Counted from the stretch's first letter, positions 1 to 10,045 are shown. The stretch is DNA of 64,000 bases from Thermotogaceae bacterium (GCA_029981435.1 JARRBB010000005.1:1934-65933), one strand, 5' to 3'. Program-made: numbers and translations. The notes: generated from the sequence alone by a model not told the origin.

Positions 1-2
1 TT

Positions 3-425
3 CTACCCTGGTGCATGATAGTTGACGCTTTTCAACACTGGATTTATACGAACGTTAATCACACTCCGAATGAAAGAGAAGAGTACTTCGCTTATCTCAT
101 GGATCGTTTCAATCCAGGTATAGACTGGAACGATTTAAGTGAAGAGAAAAAGACAAGATGGCTATTTCAAATGCACATTTTCGAAGTTCCATTCTATTAT
201 ATAGAATACGGAATTGCCCAAATAGGTGCACTTGCAATATACAGAAATTACCTGAAAAATCCAGAAAAAACGCTTGAAGATTACAAAAAGTTCTTAGCAA
301 CAGGATGTTCTATACCTGTAAATAAAGTTTACGAAACAGCTGGAATAGAAATGAACTTTTCGAGTGAGTATCTAAAAGAAATTGTCAACTTCGTAGCCAC
401 AGAAATCGAGAAACTTGAAGATTAG
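3..425 (+). CDS. M3 family oligoendopeptidase (PepF-like), C-terminal part; gene starts before the window
   Basis: Frame is open from the window edge (LPWCMIVDAFQHWIY). HIFEVPFYYIEYGIAQIGAL is the typical M3B C-terminal motif. Confidence 0.85.
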   Translation, partial: LPWCMIVDAFQHWIYTNVNHTPNEREEYFAYLMDRFNPGIDWNDLSEEKKTRWLFQMHIFEVPFYYIEYGIAQIGALAIYRNYLKNPEKTLEDYKKFLATGCSIPVNKVYETAGIEMNFSSEYLKEIVNFVATEIEKLED

Positions 426-469
426 AAAGATTTTGAAAAATTACAAAATGCTTTGTAATTTCTTTAAAG

Positions 470-491
470 ACGGCTTAAAAGCCGTTTTTTT
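470..491 (+). terminator. Intrinsic terminator
   Basis: ACGGCTT-AA-AAGCCGT stem followed by a T6 run, 45 nt after the peptidase stop. Confidence 0.75.
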
Positions 492-628
492 CATTTTTGC
501 GTATCTTATTTGATAGAAACTTTGAAAGTATCAACACAGTTTGTAATAGAAACAAAAAGTTAAATTAAAGACATGAAAAAAGCTAATAAATGAAGAATAT
601 AATAATCTAAGAAAGGAAGGGATGAAAA

Positions 629-1786
629 TTGGGAGAAAAACATAATATAAAGCTCGATGTCCTTAAATACTCCATTCTCGAAATCTTCGTATATGCCAAT
701 ATGAGTATTTTAATGCTTATGAGCCATTATTTTAATTCCCTTGGATTTTCTCCGAGTCAGATTGGCATCCTTGTTTCTGTGTCACCTGTTATGGTACTTA
801 TAGCCAACCCATTTTGGTTTTTTGTGAAGCAGAAACTCAAAAGTGGTAAAATAACTCTCTGGGCAATCCTCTCTGGTATTCTTTCTACTATTTGGTTTGT
901 GTATCTCTCGAAAGGATTTTTTGCCAAGCTGTTGACTTTTGCCCTTGCTACTTTTTTCTTTAACGGTGGAACACCTATAACTGAATCAATAGTCATATCG
1001 AGCATGAATTATCTTAACAGAGACTATGGAAAACTTAGAATACTTGGATCCATAGGTTTTTCAACAGCTGCTTACATTCTTGGATATCTTACGAAAATCG
1101 ATTTCAAATACATGTTCATTTTTTCAAACATTTTTATTTTAATTGCTCTTATTGATAGTATATTTTTGAAGGAATACGAATATCATGAAATCGAAGAAAA
1201 TTCAAAAAACACCAGAGGTTCTTTTCTTGAATTTTCACTGATGCTAGCTTTCGGAGCGTTTGCAATATTTTCTACTTTTTCAGGGAATACTTTCTTCACA
1301 GTTCTGGTTAAAGAGCTGAAACTCGATCCTGTGGTTGTTGGAAAGCAGATATCTCTTATGGGATTCAGCGAAATACCTTTTTTATTCTTTTCAAAAAAAA
1401 TTGTCGAGAAAATCAACAACAAATTTCTCATATCGCTTGGACTTGGCGCAGTTGGAATCAGATGGTTTTTGACATCTTACGTTTCCGACGAACTACCTCT
1501 TTTACTGATTCAGTTATTACAGGGATTGAATTATATCGTTGTTTACTATGCGATTTTAACTTATATCCATAAATTTATTCCAAAACGACTTCGTGATTTC
1601 GCCCAATCAATTTACTGGATAGTTGTAACAGGACTTGCCAATATCATCGGAACTCTCGCCGGTGGTTTTGTAATCGAAAAAATAGGCGTTATAAATACTT
1701 ATAGATTTTTGGGAATCATTGCGATGGCCCTTTGTGGAGTATCTATAATAACCTTTCGATCCATAAGTCCAAATCAAGTTGATTGA
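629..1786 (+). CDS. MFS transporter (LacY/MalA-like sugar or nucleoside permease)
   Basis: About 12 hydrophobic segments; GFSPSQIGILVS and DYGKLRILGSIGF motifs of MFS_1-like permeases; TTG start after AGGAAGGG. Confidence 0.85.
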   Translation: MGEKHNIKLDVLKYSILEIFVYANMSILMLMSHYFNSLGFSPSQIGILVSVSPVMVLIANPFWFFVKQKLKSGKITLWAILSGILSTIWFVYLSKGFFAKLLTFALATFFFNGGTPITESIVISSMNYLNRDYGKLRILGSIGFSTAAYILGYLTKIDFKYMFIFSNIFILIALIDSIFLKEYEYHEIEENSKNTRGSFLEFSLMLAFGAFAIFSTFSGNTFFTVLVKELKLDPVVVGKQISLMGFSEIPFLFFSKKIVEKINNKFLISLGLGAVGIRWFLTSYVSDELPLLLIQLLQGLNYIVVYYAILTYIHKFIPKRLRDFAQSIYWIVVTGLANIIGTLAGGFVIEKIGVINTYRFLGIIAMALCGVSIITFRSISPNQVD

Positions 1787-3843
1787 GTCGTCTCTGAAAA
1801 TTCGCCAAGTAAACTTTCAATGGTTGTGGAGTCGATGAACAGACCTTTTTGCTTGAAATGATCTGTCAGTTTCAAATAAAACTCGTTGAAAGAAATCGTT
1901 TTGGAGTTTGCAACTATTATCAATTTTCTCTTTGCTCTTGTTACAGACACATTTAACCGTCTCACATCTTCAAGAAAACCTATATCGTTTTCTTCGTTTG
2001 ATCTAACAAGTGAAAGCACTATCAATTCTTTTTCTCGACCCTGAAAACCATCTACAGAGCTAATTTGTACCTCTTCCAACTGGAGCATCTTTTTTATAAG
2101 ATCGACTTGGTCGTTGTAAGGTGTTATTACACCAATATCGGCTTCTTTCAAACCATTTTCAACGAATTTTTTCACAATTAAAGAAACTATCTTTGCTTCG
2201 AGTACATTGAATCTCGATGTGGAATCAAGCCTTTGACTTTCAAAGTTCTCTTCGCTTTTTGAAGTATCAATGAACACAAGAACATTTTCAGGGTTTAAAA
2301 TCTCATTTAAAAAAGTGTTTTCAGGCTCTGTTGGTTTGAAGTTAAAATCTTTTAAAGTTATTTCTCTCACAGAATCATGTGCTATAAGCAATCCATCGTA
2401 AAAATGCTGATTCGGAAATTCCATTATTTTTTCATTCATTCTGTACTGTACTCTGAGCAGAGAAGAAATGTCCGGGCTAATCAATCTCTCGAAGAGTGTT
2501 TTTGAGAGAATAGCCGCTGCCTCTTTACTCATTATTGTTGGTGGAAGCTGTCTGTGATCACCACTAATGATAAGCTTTCGTGACTTTGCAATCGGTATGA
2601 GACATGAGGGTTCTGTTGCCTGCGAACCTTCATCGATAACAGCTACATCAAATTCGAAATCATCCATGTAATCTATTCCAGCGGAGGAGTTTGTACTCAC
2701 TATCATCATACTTCTGGTTAGAATATTTTTAAGTGCCAGTTTTTCCATGTAATCTATTTCTTCGAAAAGATCTTGTATCTGTCTATTGATTTTTATCCAG
2801 TTTGCCATTGACGAAATATTTCTTGGAGAAATCCCACGAATTCCTCTCCCTTTTCTGGCAAGCTTCAAGATTGTTTTATCATCTAACCCCCTTCTCCATT
2901 GAGGAGTAGGTTTTCTGAAAGATTCACGTTTTTCAATAAGCGCAAAAGCTTTCTCTCTGAGTTCCTGTGCCTTCCTATAGAAATTGTCCTGTTCCAATTT
3001 GTATGCCAAGGTAGATTCGATAAGCTCTCTTGAAACACGAGCAGGATGTCCCAATCTTACAAATTCAATATCTGTACCGGATTTTATAAGGTTTTCCAAA
3101 ATGTTATCAGCAGCAGTATTAGACTCAGTCGTTGCAATAACTTTGTTACCCCTTGCAGCTTCCTGAAGGATAACTTCAGTCACTGTACGCGTTTTTCCGG
3201 TACCCGGTGGTCCATGTATCAAAAAGATATTTTCTGCTCCAATTGCATTTCTAACCGCTTCTTTTTGAAATTCGTTAAGCTCTTTATCATAAAAATCAAC
3301 TATCTCTGCCTTTTCGATCTTTCGTGGAGTCATTAAACCTAAAATTATTGAAAGCAAACGAAGTGTTTTCTGGTTTTTTATATAAAAAAGATGATCAAGG
3401 GTTTTGTCTATTCGCTTGAAAGTTATATCGTTGACATACAGATCTATTCTTATACTGTTACTATCGAATACCCAGTTGGGTGGAATTTCTGTGAAGGCAA
3501 TTGTAATTGATCTCGAAGTCAATTCTGTTACGGTGCCAGTCAGTGAACTTTTCAAAGGTTCTCCTCTACTTATCAGAACCTCATCACCTGGTGATATCTC
3601 AGTATCGATTTCTTTTTTTCTTCCAAACTTGACAAGATAAAAACCACCTATTTCTCTCCCGGCAAAACTTCCCCTTAGATTTAGAATCGCACGGCCACGT
3701 CTTTCTCTTTCAAATCCTGAAAATTTCTTTATTTCATCAAGAGTGTTCAAAATCTCAGCTTCTCTTTCAGCTTCAAGAGCCTTCTTAAATTTCTCCGTAT
3801 ATTCCACAAGTTTGGAATAGAATTCACTGTTTTCAAAATTCAT
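1774..3843 (-). CDS. SF1 Upf1/IGHMBP2-family helicase
   Basis: Walker A HGPPGTGKT, VIDEGSQ, GDHRQLPPT, QYRMN, VITPYNDQV, VDGFQGREK, RRLNVSVTRAK. Confidence 0.92.
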   Translation of the reverse strand: MNFENSEFYSKLVEYTEKFKKALEAEREAEILNTLDEIKKFSGFERERRGRAILNLRGSFAGREIGGFYLVKFGRKKEIDTEISPGDEVLISRGEPLKSSLTGTVTELTSRSITIAFTEIPPNWVFDSNSIRIDLYVNDITFKRIDKTLDHLFYIKNQKTLRLLSIILGLMTPRKIEKAEIVDFYDKELNEFQKEAVRNAIGAENIFLIHGPPGTGKTRTVTEVILQEAARGNKVIATTESNTAADNILENLIKSGTDIEFVRLGHPARVSRELIESTLAYKLEQDNFYRKAQELREKAFALIEKRESFRKPTPQWRRGLDDKTILKLARKGRGIRGISPRNISSMANWIKINRQIQDLFEEIDYMEKLALKNILTRSMMIVSTNSSAGIDYMDDFEFDVAVIDEGSQATEPSCLIPIAKSRKLIISGDHRQLPPTIMSKEAAAILSKTLFERLISPDISSLLRVQYRMNEKIMEFPNQHFYDGLLIAHDSVREITLKDFNFKPTEPENTFLNEILNPENVLVFIDTSKSEENFESQRLDSTSRFNVLEAKIVSLIVKKFVENGLKEADIGVITPYNDQVDLIKKMLQLEEVQISSVDGFQGREKELIVLSLVRSNEENDIGFLEDVRRLNVSVTRAKRKLIIVANSKTISFNEFYLKLTDHFKQKGLFIDSTTIESLLGEFSETTQST

Positions 3844-4274
3844 TCTTTATACTCCTCTGAATTGTATTTTTCAACGATCTTTGGCCTATACTTTTCTCCA
3901 ACTCTTTTATCATAAACTTTTAAGAAAATAAAAGACACTATCAGTGCGAGTAAGCTACCAAGAAAACCGTAAAGTTCGTTTTTAAAGATAACGATGAAAA
4001 AAGTTAGGAATGCCACGAATATAATCAGAGGTATTCCGTATACTAAAGATGAGAGTTTAGTAACAGAGAAATCTCTATGTTCAACCACAACAATATCTCC
4101 TACTTTGAGATCGAGAGATTCCGGTTTCACAGCTTTTAAAGTGAGTTCTTTACTGCTCTCAAGAAGATTACAACTTTCTTTTGAAACACAGTGATTGCAA
4201 AGTGAAGATCTCGAAAATCTTAATTCGACAGTGTTCTTGTCTATTAGTTTTATAACTCTCATTACTTCTCTCAA
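3840..4274 (-). CDS. RseC/MucC family membrane protein
   Basis: RSSLCNHCVSKESC Cys motif, then VGDIV and LVYGIPL and two TM helices. TTG at 4274 lies 6 nt after GAGGTG; alternative GTG start at 4283. Confidence 0.75.
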   Translation of the reverse strand: MREVMRVIKLIDKNTVELRFSRSSLCNHCVSKESCNLLESSKELTLKAVKPESLDLKVGDIVVVEHRDFSVTKLSSLVYGIPLIIFVAFLTFFIVIFKNELYGFLGSLLALIVSFIFLKVYDKRVGEKYRPKIVEKYNSEEYKE

Positions 4275-4285
4275 GTTTACCACCT

Positions 4286-5539
4286 CTAACTCACCAGCAG
4301 AAATATCAAATCATTTACATTAGTTCCCGTTGGGCCAGTGAAAATGAGCCCTTCCACAGTTTTCAACGCATTATAGGAATCGTTGTTTTTCAGAACCTCG
4401 TCTAAATCTATACCGGCTTTGCTTAATTTTTCTAAAGTCTTGCCATCAACTATACCGCCAGCAGCATCAGTTGGTCCATCTGTTCCATCAGTTCCCACAG
4501 AACAGATCACAACATCTTCAAGTCCTGCTATACCTTCTGCTGCTGAAAGAGCAAGCTCCTGATTTCTCCCACCTTTACCATTTCCAGTAACATGTACGAC
4601 CGTTTCTCCACCCATTATTATCGCGCAGGGCTTTTTCAGAGGAAGGGAATTATTTTTCTCTTCTCGGGCTATTGAAGCTATGAATCTTCCAGCTTCCCTC
4701 GCTTCGCAATCTAAAGTTGTGGTCAAAATCATCGTGTTGTATCCAAGTTTTTTTGCAATTTCCTCAGCTTTTATACAAACGGTTTTAACGCTTCCAATAA
4801 TGTAATGTTCCGCGTTTTCAAGAGATTTTGGAGTTTCTTCCATGAGCTCGTTCAATAAATTTTCATCAACTTCGATACCATACTTTCTTATTATATTTAT
4901 GGCATCTTCACTTGTGGTTTCATCAGGATACGCAGGGCCAGATGCAATACTGTCAAGACGATCTCCAAGTACATCAGATAAAATTAAGCAAACCACCTTC
5001 GCAGGATAGACTTTTTCTGCGAAACGTCCTCCTTTAACTTCTGATAGATGCTTTCTGATCGTATTTATCTCAACTATGTTTGCTCCGCTTTTTAAAAGTT
5101 GTTCCGTGATTTTTTGAAGCTGTTCAAGCGTAACACTACCTTTTGGTTTTTCAAAAAGGGCTGAGCCACCTCCAGAGATTAAAAATAGGACAATATCGTT
5201 TTTCGAAAGATTTTCGACAAGTTTAAGCGCCATTTCAGTAGCTTTGATAGAATTCTCATCCGGGATCGGATGACCAGCCTCGCATATTATCAAATCATCT
5301 ATTGGGCCCGCATTGTGAGCGTACTTTGTTATCACTATTCCTTTTTTTATCCTCTCTCCAAGAAATTCTTTAGCTGCCTTTGCCATACGCCAGGCGGCTT
5401 TACCAATTGCAACAAGAACGATTTTTTCATCATGTAATTTGAGACTTTTTAAAGTCTCTAAAACAGCATTTTCGGGTAAGACAGATTCTATAGCTTCGTT
5501 CAAAATCTTAAAAGCATCACTTTTCAAGTTTTTCAACAT
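4286..5539 (-). CDS. Glycerate 2-kinase (class II, MOFRL family)
   Basis: GKAAWRMA, EAGHPIPD, LISGGGSAL, RKHLSEVKGG, GGRNQELAL, GTDGTDGPTDAAG, TGPTGTNVND. Confidence 0.93.
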   Translation of the reverse strand: MLKNLKSDAFKILNEAIESVLPENAVLETLKSLKLHDEKIVLVAIGKAAWRMAKAAKEFLGERIKKGIVITKYAHNAGPIDDLIICEAGHPIPDENSIKATEMALKLVENLSKNDIVLFLISGGGSALFEKPKGSVTLEQLQKITEQLLKSGANIVEINTIRKHLSEVKGGRFAEKVYPAKVVCLILSDVLGDRLDSIASGPAYPDETTSEDAINIIRKYGIEVDENLLNELMEETPKSLENAEHYIIGSVKTVCIKAEEIAKKLGYNTMILTTTLDCEAREAGRFIASIAREEKNNSLPLKKPCAIIMGGETVVHVTGNGKGGRNQELALSAAEGIAGLEDVVICSVGTDGTDGPTDAAGGIVDGKTLEKLSKAGIDLDEVLKNNDSYNALKTVEGLIFTGPTGTNVNDLIFLLVS

Positions 5540-5569
5540 AACACCCCTTTAGAATATCAATTCTTTACG

Positions 5570-5599
5570 ATTATATCATTATCGATAAAATGTTATACT
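5570..5599. promoter_or_regulatory. Back-to-back extended -10 promoters
   Basis: Minus strand TGaTATAAT (5578-5570) faces the glycerate kinase; plus strand TGtTATACT (5591-5599) faces the ABC operon. Confidence 0.55.
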
Positions 5600-5620
5600 T
5601 TAATGAAAGGAGGAAGGGAG

Positions 5621-6535
5621 ATGGAAGAGATAATAAAGGTCAGTGATTTGAAAAAGTATTACGGTGATGTCAAAGCAGTTGATGGAATTTCATTTGAAGT
5701 TTTCAAAGGAGAAGTTCTTGCAATTTTGGGTCCCAATGGTGCAGGAAAAACAACCACAGTAGAAATACTTGAAGGCCTTAGAAAAGCTGACTCAGGAAGA
5801 ATATATTTTTTCGGTAAGGAAGTTAAAAGAATTGATGAGAAGATCAAAGAACGAATAGGCGTTCAATTACAGAATACATCGTTTTTAGAAAATCTAACAG
5901 TTAAGGAAACCTTGAATTTTTTTGGAGGACTTTATCAGAGACGTTTACCAACATCACAGTTGATTGAAATGGTATCGCTCCAGGAAAAAGCAAAAAGTCT
6001 GGTTAAGAATCTTTCGGGCGGGCAACTTCAAAGACTTGCACTTGCAACTGCGCTTGTAAATGACCCTGAAATAATTTTTCTAGATGAACCAACTACCGGA
6101 TTAGACCCTCAGGCAAGAATACTCATATGGGATAACATCCTGAAACTTAAAAATTCAGGAAAAACAATCATTTTAACCACTCATTACATGGAAGAGGCAG
6201 AAAAATTAGCAGATAGAGTAATTATAATCGACCACGGAAAAATCATAGCCAAGGGAACCGTTGAAGAACTGATAAGACTCATAAACAGGGAAAGTTTTAT
6301 AGAATTCAGTGTAAGTACTTCAAATCACGCTGAATTTTTTAAAGTTTTTCCCGAACTTAGAAAGGTTGAAAACAACAACAGATACGTGCTATCAACGAAC
6401 AATGTAGAAAAAACTCTTATGGAACTTTTGGAAAAGGCAAAAGAAATGGGAATTGAAATTGACAACGTAGTTATAAGACGTGCAAATCTTGAAGACGTAT
6501 TTTTGAGTTTAACTGGTCACTCTTTGAGAGATTGA
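5621..6535 (+). CDS. ABC transporter ATP-binding protein (multidrug/ABC-2 type)
   Basis: GPNGAGKTT, LSGGQ, LDEPTTGLDP, TTHYMEEAE. ATG 5621 follows GGAGG; the track start is 5603. Confidence 0.92.
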   Translation: MEEIIKVSDLKKYYGDVKAVDGISFEVFKGEVLAILGPNGAGKTTTVEILEGLRKADSGRIYFFGKEVKRIDEKIKERIGVQLQNTSFLENLTVKETLNFFGGLYQRRLPTSQLIEMVSLQEKAKSLVKNLSGGQLQRLALATALVNDPEIIFLDEPTTGLDPQARILIWDNILKLKNSGKTIILTTHYMEEAEKLADRVIIIDHGKIIAKGTVEELIRLINRESFIEFSVSTSNHAEFFKVFPELRKVENNNRYVLSTNNVEKTLMELLEKAKEMGIEIDNVVIRRANLEDVFLSLTGHSLRD

Positions 6536-6545
6536 GGCGATAAAA

Positions 6546-7712
6546 ATGAAGAAGACCATGACGATGATAAAAGCTTTTTTAAGAGAAAACTTCAGGTCTT
6601 TTGAATCTACTTTCTGGAGTGTGTTTTTTCCGATAGTCCTGTTTTTCATACTCGTCTCGGTTTTTGGAAATCTCTCGACCTCGGCTTCGATAGAATTGAA
6701 ACTTGGTGTAATCGTTCAAGAAAAACTGGAAGCGTTTGGTAAAATTTTCGAGGATATCTTAAAAAACATTTCAAATGAAGGACCTTTCAATCTGAAATAC
6801 TATGATGATTTTGAAAAAGCTCAGAAAGATCTTATAGTGGGAAATCAGGATGTTTTTCTGGTTATTCCAAAAGGTGTGAATGCCAGTTTATCGAGCGCTT
6901 TTTTATTTAAAACCCTGAAGATTGAAGATGTCGCTCTTGAAATTTACTACGTTGCTGAAAGACAAACCTCCGTTATAGCTGCCGAAATCCTTGCTCAGAT
7001 ATTCGATGAAGTTAATATAGAAATTCAAAGGCGTTCAAACAGGAATTTTAAAGAAATCAAAATTACGGATACTCAGGTTAAAAATCAAAACCAATCTACC
7101 TTTAGTTACAAAGATTATATTTTTCCCGGAATAGTTTTAATGACAATTTTATCTGTTTCACTTTTCAACCAAAATATAGGCCTTGCATATAACAAAGAGA
7201 GGGGAACAAACAAAAAACTTTATACAACACCTATAAAACCTTTGCAATACTTCTCTTCTTTTCTGATCACAATGCTCGTTATTATACTCATATCACTTGT
7301 TTTACTCTATGTTTTTGCGATTTTTGTTTATAAAGTCAACGCTTCCAACATTTTAAGCTCAAAATTTATATTATCAATTCTCCTTTCGATGATCACTCTT
7401 TTGTCTTTCGGTATGATGCTAACTTCTATTTTTAAAAAGACTTCGACCATAGTAGTTACAGGACAGATTATGAACCAAGTGTTGATGTTCCTTGGAGGAC
7501 TTTATTTTCCGGTCTTTGATGCACCCTGGGCAATAAGATGGATCGTCTATCTACTTCCAACGACTTATTTAGGTGAACTGTTGAGATGGTGTATTGGATA
7601 CAAGATATCGAACATTCCTTTTCAACATCTTTTGATAGTACCGATGGGATGGATTTTATTTTCAATTGTGATCTTCTCTGTCAATTTTAAGAAGGTGATG
7701 GGATATGAGTAA
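6546..7712 (+). CDS. ABC-2 type permease
   Basis: N-terminal TM, large external loop, YIFPGI, C-terminal TMs with FLGGLYFP. Confidence 0.85.
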   Translation: MKKTMTMIKAFLRENFRSFESTFWSVFFPIVLFFILVSVFGNLSTSASIELKLGVIVQEKLEAFGKIFEDILKNISNEGPFNLKYYDDFEKAQKDLIVGNQDVFLVIPKGVNASLSSAFLFKTLKIEDVALEIYYVAERQTSVIAAEILAQIFDEVNIEIQRRSNRNFKEIKITDTQVKNQNQSTFSYKDYIFPGIVLMTILSVSLFNQNIGLAYNKERGTNKKLYTTPIKPLQYFSSFLITMLVIILISLVLLYVFAIFVYKVNASNILSSKFILSILLSMITLLSFGMMLTSIFKKTSTIVVTGQIMNQVLMFLGGLYFPVFDAPWAIRWIVYLLPTTYLGELLRWCIGYKISNIPFQHLLIVPMGWILFSIVIFSVNFKKVMGYE

Positions 7713-8784
7713 CAAAAAATTCAAACAATTCTACTCTGTTTTTATAGCTTTCACAAAAGATTCTCTACGTAATAAAATCGAGACTTTTTTCTCCATACTC
7801 TTTCCCATACTGTTTTTCGTGTTGTTTGGTTTTATCTTCGGAGGAAATCAGGATTATTCAGGCGAGAAAATAGGTTTCTTTATCAGTGAAAATGTTCCTG
7901 AAAATATCAAAGAGCAGATTTTAAAGAATGATGCCTGGGTAGGTGTGAATTACGATTCTTTCAATTTATTGAAAAAATCTGTTGAAAACAGCGATATCCT
8001 TTTGGGTGTAAAGTTAACCGATTCTGAAATTGAATTTATTTACTATTCGTCAGGGCCTTCAAGAGATTCGAGAATTCAGATGATGAGAACAACGATTGCT
8101 GTCTTTTTAAGGAAGGTTTTAAACAATGTTGAGGATGTTATGAGCATAAAAAAGATTCCGGTTAAAACAGGAAAAATTGCTTCGAACCAGATGAGCTACT
8201 TAACTGCTGGAGTCCTTGCAATATCGCTTTTATCATCAGGGATGTTTTCCATGATTACTTTGTTTGGCAGTTACAAGCGAAGAGCAATACTTAAGAGAAT
8301 AATTTCATCACCTGTCAATAGAACAACATTTATAGTAGGAAGTATTTTAACCAAACTTCTGATAAGTTTCATCTCCGTTCTTGCTGTAATAATTGTAGGA
8401 TTCCTACTGTTCAATCTCAGGTATTCTTTCAACTGGCCTTTATTTTTATTAGTTATAATCAGTTCCGCATTTGGGATGATGGCACTCGGCATATTACTTC
8501 TTATTTTATTTAAAAAACCTGAAGCCGCTCAAACGGCAGGAAGTATTCTGATGACCTTAATGGTATTTTTTTCAGGGGTTTACTTTCCAGTTGAATTTCT
8601 GCCAAAATCCTTGCGAATCGTTTCATTTTTCCTACCGGTAAAATATGTGGCTCAATCTTTCAGGTACACAGCAGGTATAGAATACATGAATTTTGGTTTA
8701 TTTATAGCTATAAATCTTCTTTTTCTGATTGCTGGAATTATTTTAATTTCGGTAACGGGCAAGCTATTTTTAAAGGAAAATTAA
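7705..8784 (+). CDS. ABC-2 type permease
   Basis: Same topology, FFSGVYFPVEFLP motif; overlaps the previous gene. Confidence 0.85.
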   Translation: MSNKKFKQFYSVFIAFTKDSLRNKIETFFSILFPILFFVLFGFIFGGNQDYSGEKIGFFISENVPENIKEQILKNDAWVGVNYDSFNLLKKSVENSDILLGVKLTDSEIEFIYYSSGPSRDSRIQMMRTTIAVFLRKVLNNVEDVMSIKKIPVKTGKIASNQMSYLTAGVLAISLLSSGMFSMITLFGSYKRRAILKRIISSPVNRTTFIVGSILTKLLISFISVLAVIIVGFLLFNLRYSFNWPLFLLVIISSAFGMMALGILLLILFKKPEAAQTAGSILMTLMVFFSGVYFPVEFLPKSLRIVSFFLPVKYVAQSFRYTAGIEYMNFGLFIAINLLFLIAGIILISVTGKLFLKEN

Positions 8785-8792
8785 AACGTTCG

Positions 8793-8801
8793 TGATAGAA
8801 T
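8793..8801 (+). promoter_or_regulatory. Putative extended -10 promoter for pduL
   Basis: TGaTAGAAT about 55 nt upstream of the start. Confidence 0.4.
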
Positions 8802-8854
8802 AAGACTGGATTTGTTGGATAAAACAACGAATACTTGAAGGGAGGAATTCTGAA

Positions 8855-9445
8855 TTGAAACTTAAAAATCCCGGAATCCCCACAGGAGTATCTAATCGAC
8901 ATGTTCATCTTAGTCAGGAAGATTTAGAAATTCTGTTTGGTATGGGCTATGAACTTACGCCTATAAAAGATTTAGGACAGCCCGGTCAGTACGCATGCCA
9001 AGAAACTGTGATAATCGTAGGTCCAAAAGGTGCTATTGAAAAAGTAAGGGTTCTTGGACCTGTAAGAAAAGAAACGCAGATTGAAATCTCAAGAACGGAT
9101 GCCTTCAAACTTGGCTTAAATCCACCGGTTAGAGACTCTGGCTTGCTTGATGGAACGCCTGGAATAACCTTAGTTGGACCTAAAGGTGCTGTTGTGAAGG
9201 AAAAGGGTGTTATCTTAGCCAAAAGGCATATTCATATGACACCTGAAGATGCTCAAAAATATGGTGTTAAAGACAAAGATCTAGTGGCTGTTTACTGTAA
9301 AGGTAACGACAGAGAACTTATCTTCAAAGATGTTCTGGTGAGAGTGAGTCCAAAATATGCTCTTGAATTTCACGTTGATACAGATGAAGGAAATGCTGCA
9401 ATGTTAAACAACGGTGACCTTGTATGGATAGTTGAAGAATTCTAA
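8855..9445 (+). CDS. pduL: Phosphate propanoyl/acetyltransferase (PduL family)
   Basis: VSNRHVHLS, QPGQYA, VRVLGPVR, AKRHIHM, EFHVDTDEGNA. Confidence 0.93.
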   Translation: MKLKNPGIPTGVSNRHVHLSQEDLEILFGMGYELTPIKDLGQPGQYACQETVIIVGPKGAIEKVRVLGPVRKETQIEISRTDAFKLGLNPPVRDSGLLDGTPGITLVGPKGAVVKEKGVILAKRHIHMTPEDAQKYGVKDKDLVAVYCKGNDRELIFKDVLVRVSPKYALEFHVDTDEGNAAMLNNGDLVWIVEEF

Positions 9446-9461
9446 CAAGAATAAGAAATTG

Positions 9462-9493
9462 AAAAAGCAGGGATTTAAGATCCCTGCTTTTTT
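9462..9493. terminator. Bidirectional intrinsic terminator
   Basis: AAAAAGCAGGGAT-TTAAG-ATCCCTGCTTTTTT between convergent genes. Confidence 0.9.
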
Positions 9494-10022
9494 ATTTGCC
9501 TTTTTTGAAATCGACAAGCTCCATAGATACGTCACCCTGGGGAAGTTCGACTTTCAAGAGCATTTTCAGATTTTTACTGATAATCCAGGTTATCTGTGGC
9601 TCATCGTTGATTATAAGCGTAAACTTCTCCCCCTGATACTTGCCGACCTTCTCTGTTCCTTCGTACTTTACGACTATTCCGTACATTTCAAGGGTTTCAG
9701 GATTTTGTAGATTCACAAGATTTAGAAATTCTTCATACGCCGGATTGAAGAAATATAAAATATAACTCGCGTAAGTTGATCCTGCAATGTCATCAAGTGT
9801 CAATTCCTCAGTACCACCCGGTATAGAAAACCTCGTCGATGTGGTTACTTCGTATTCGCTTCCTTTCTTAATCAGAGATATCCTGTAATAAAAGATTTGA
9901 TTTTCATAATTTACTTTGTATTCTATGTATTCAAAAGTTCTTATATCGAACAAAGCATTAGAATAAAGATAGCCAATTGATATTAATAGAAAAACAATAA
10001 GAAGAAAAATTTTCTTCGTCAT
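9492..10022 (-). CDS. Hypothetical exported protein
   Basis: Signal-peptide-like N-terminus (MTKKIFLLIVFLLISIGYLYS), strong SD GGGGAGGGG, beta-rich mature part. Confidence 0.7.
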   Translation of the reverse strand: MTKKIFLLIVFLLISIGYLYSNALFDIRTFEYIEYKVNYENQIFYYRISLIKKGSEYEVTTSTRFSIPGGTEELTLDDIAGSTYASYILYFFNPAYEEFLNLVNLQNPETLEMYGIVVKYEGTEKVGKYQGEKFTLIINDEPQITWIISKNLKMLLKVELPQGDVSMELVDFKKGK

Positions 10023-10045
10023 CCCCCTCCCCCCTTTCCTTAAAA

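Noticed and set aside
510-554. TTGATA-N13-TATCAA inverted repeat and ATAGAAAC direct repeat upstream of the MFS gene
   Set aside because: Short and AT-rich; expected by chance.
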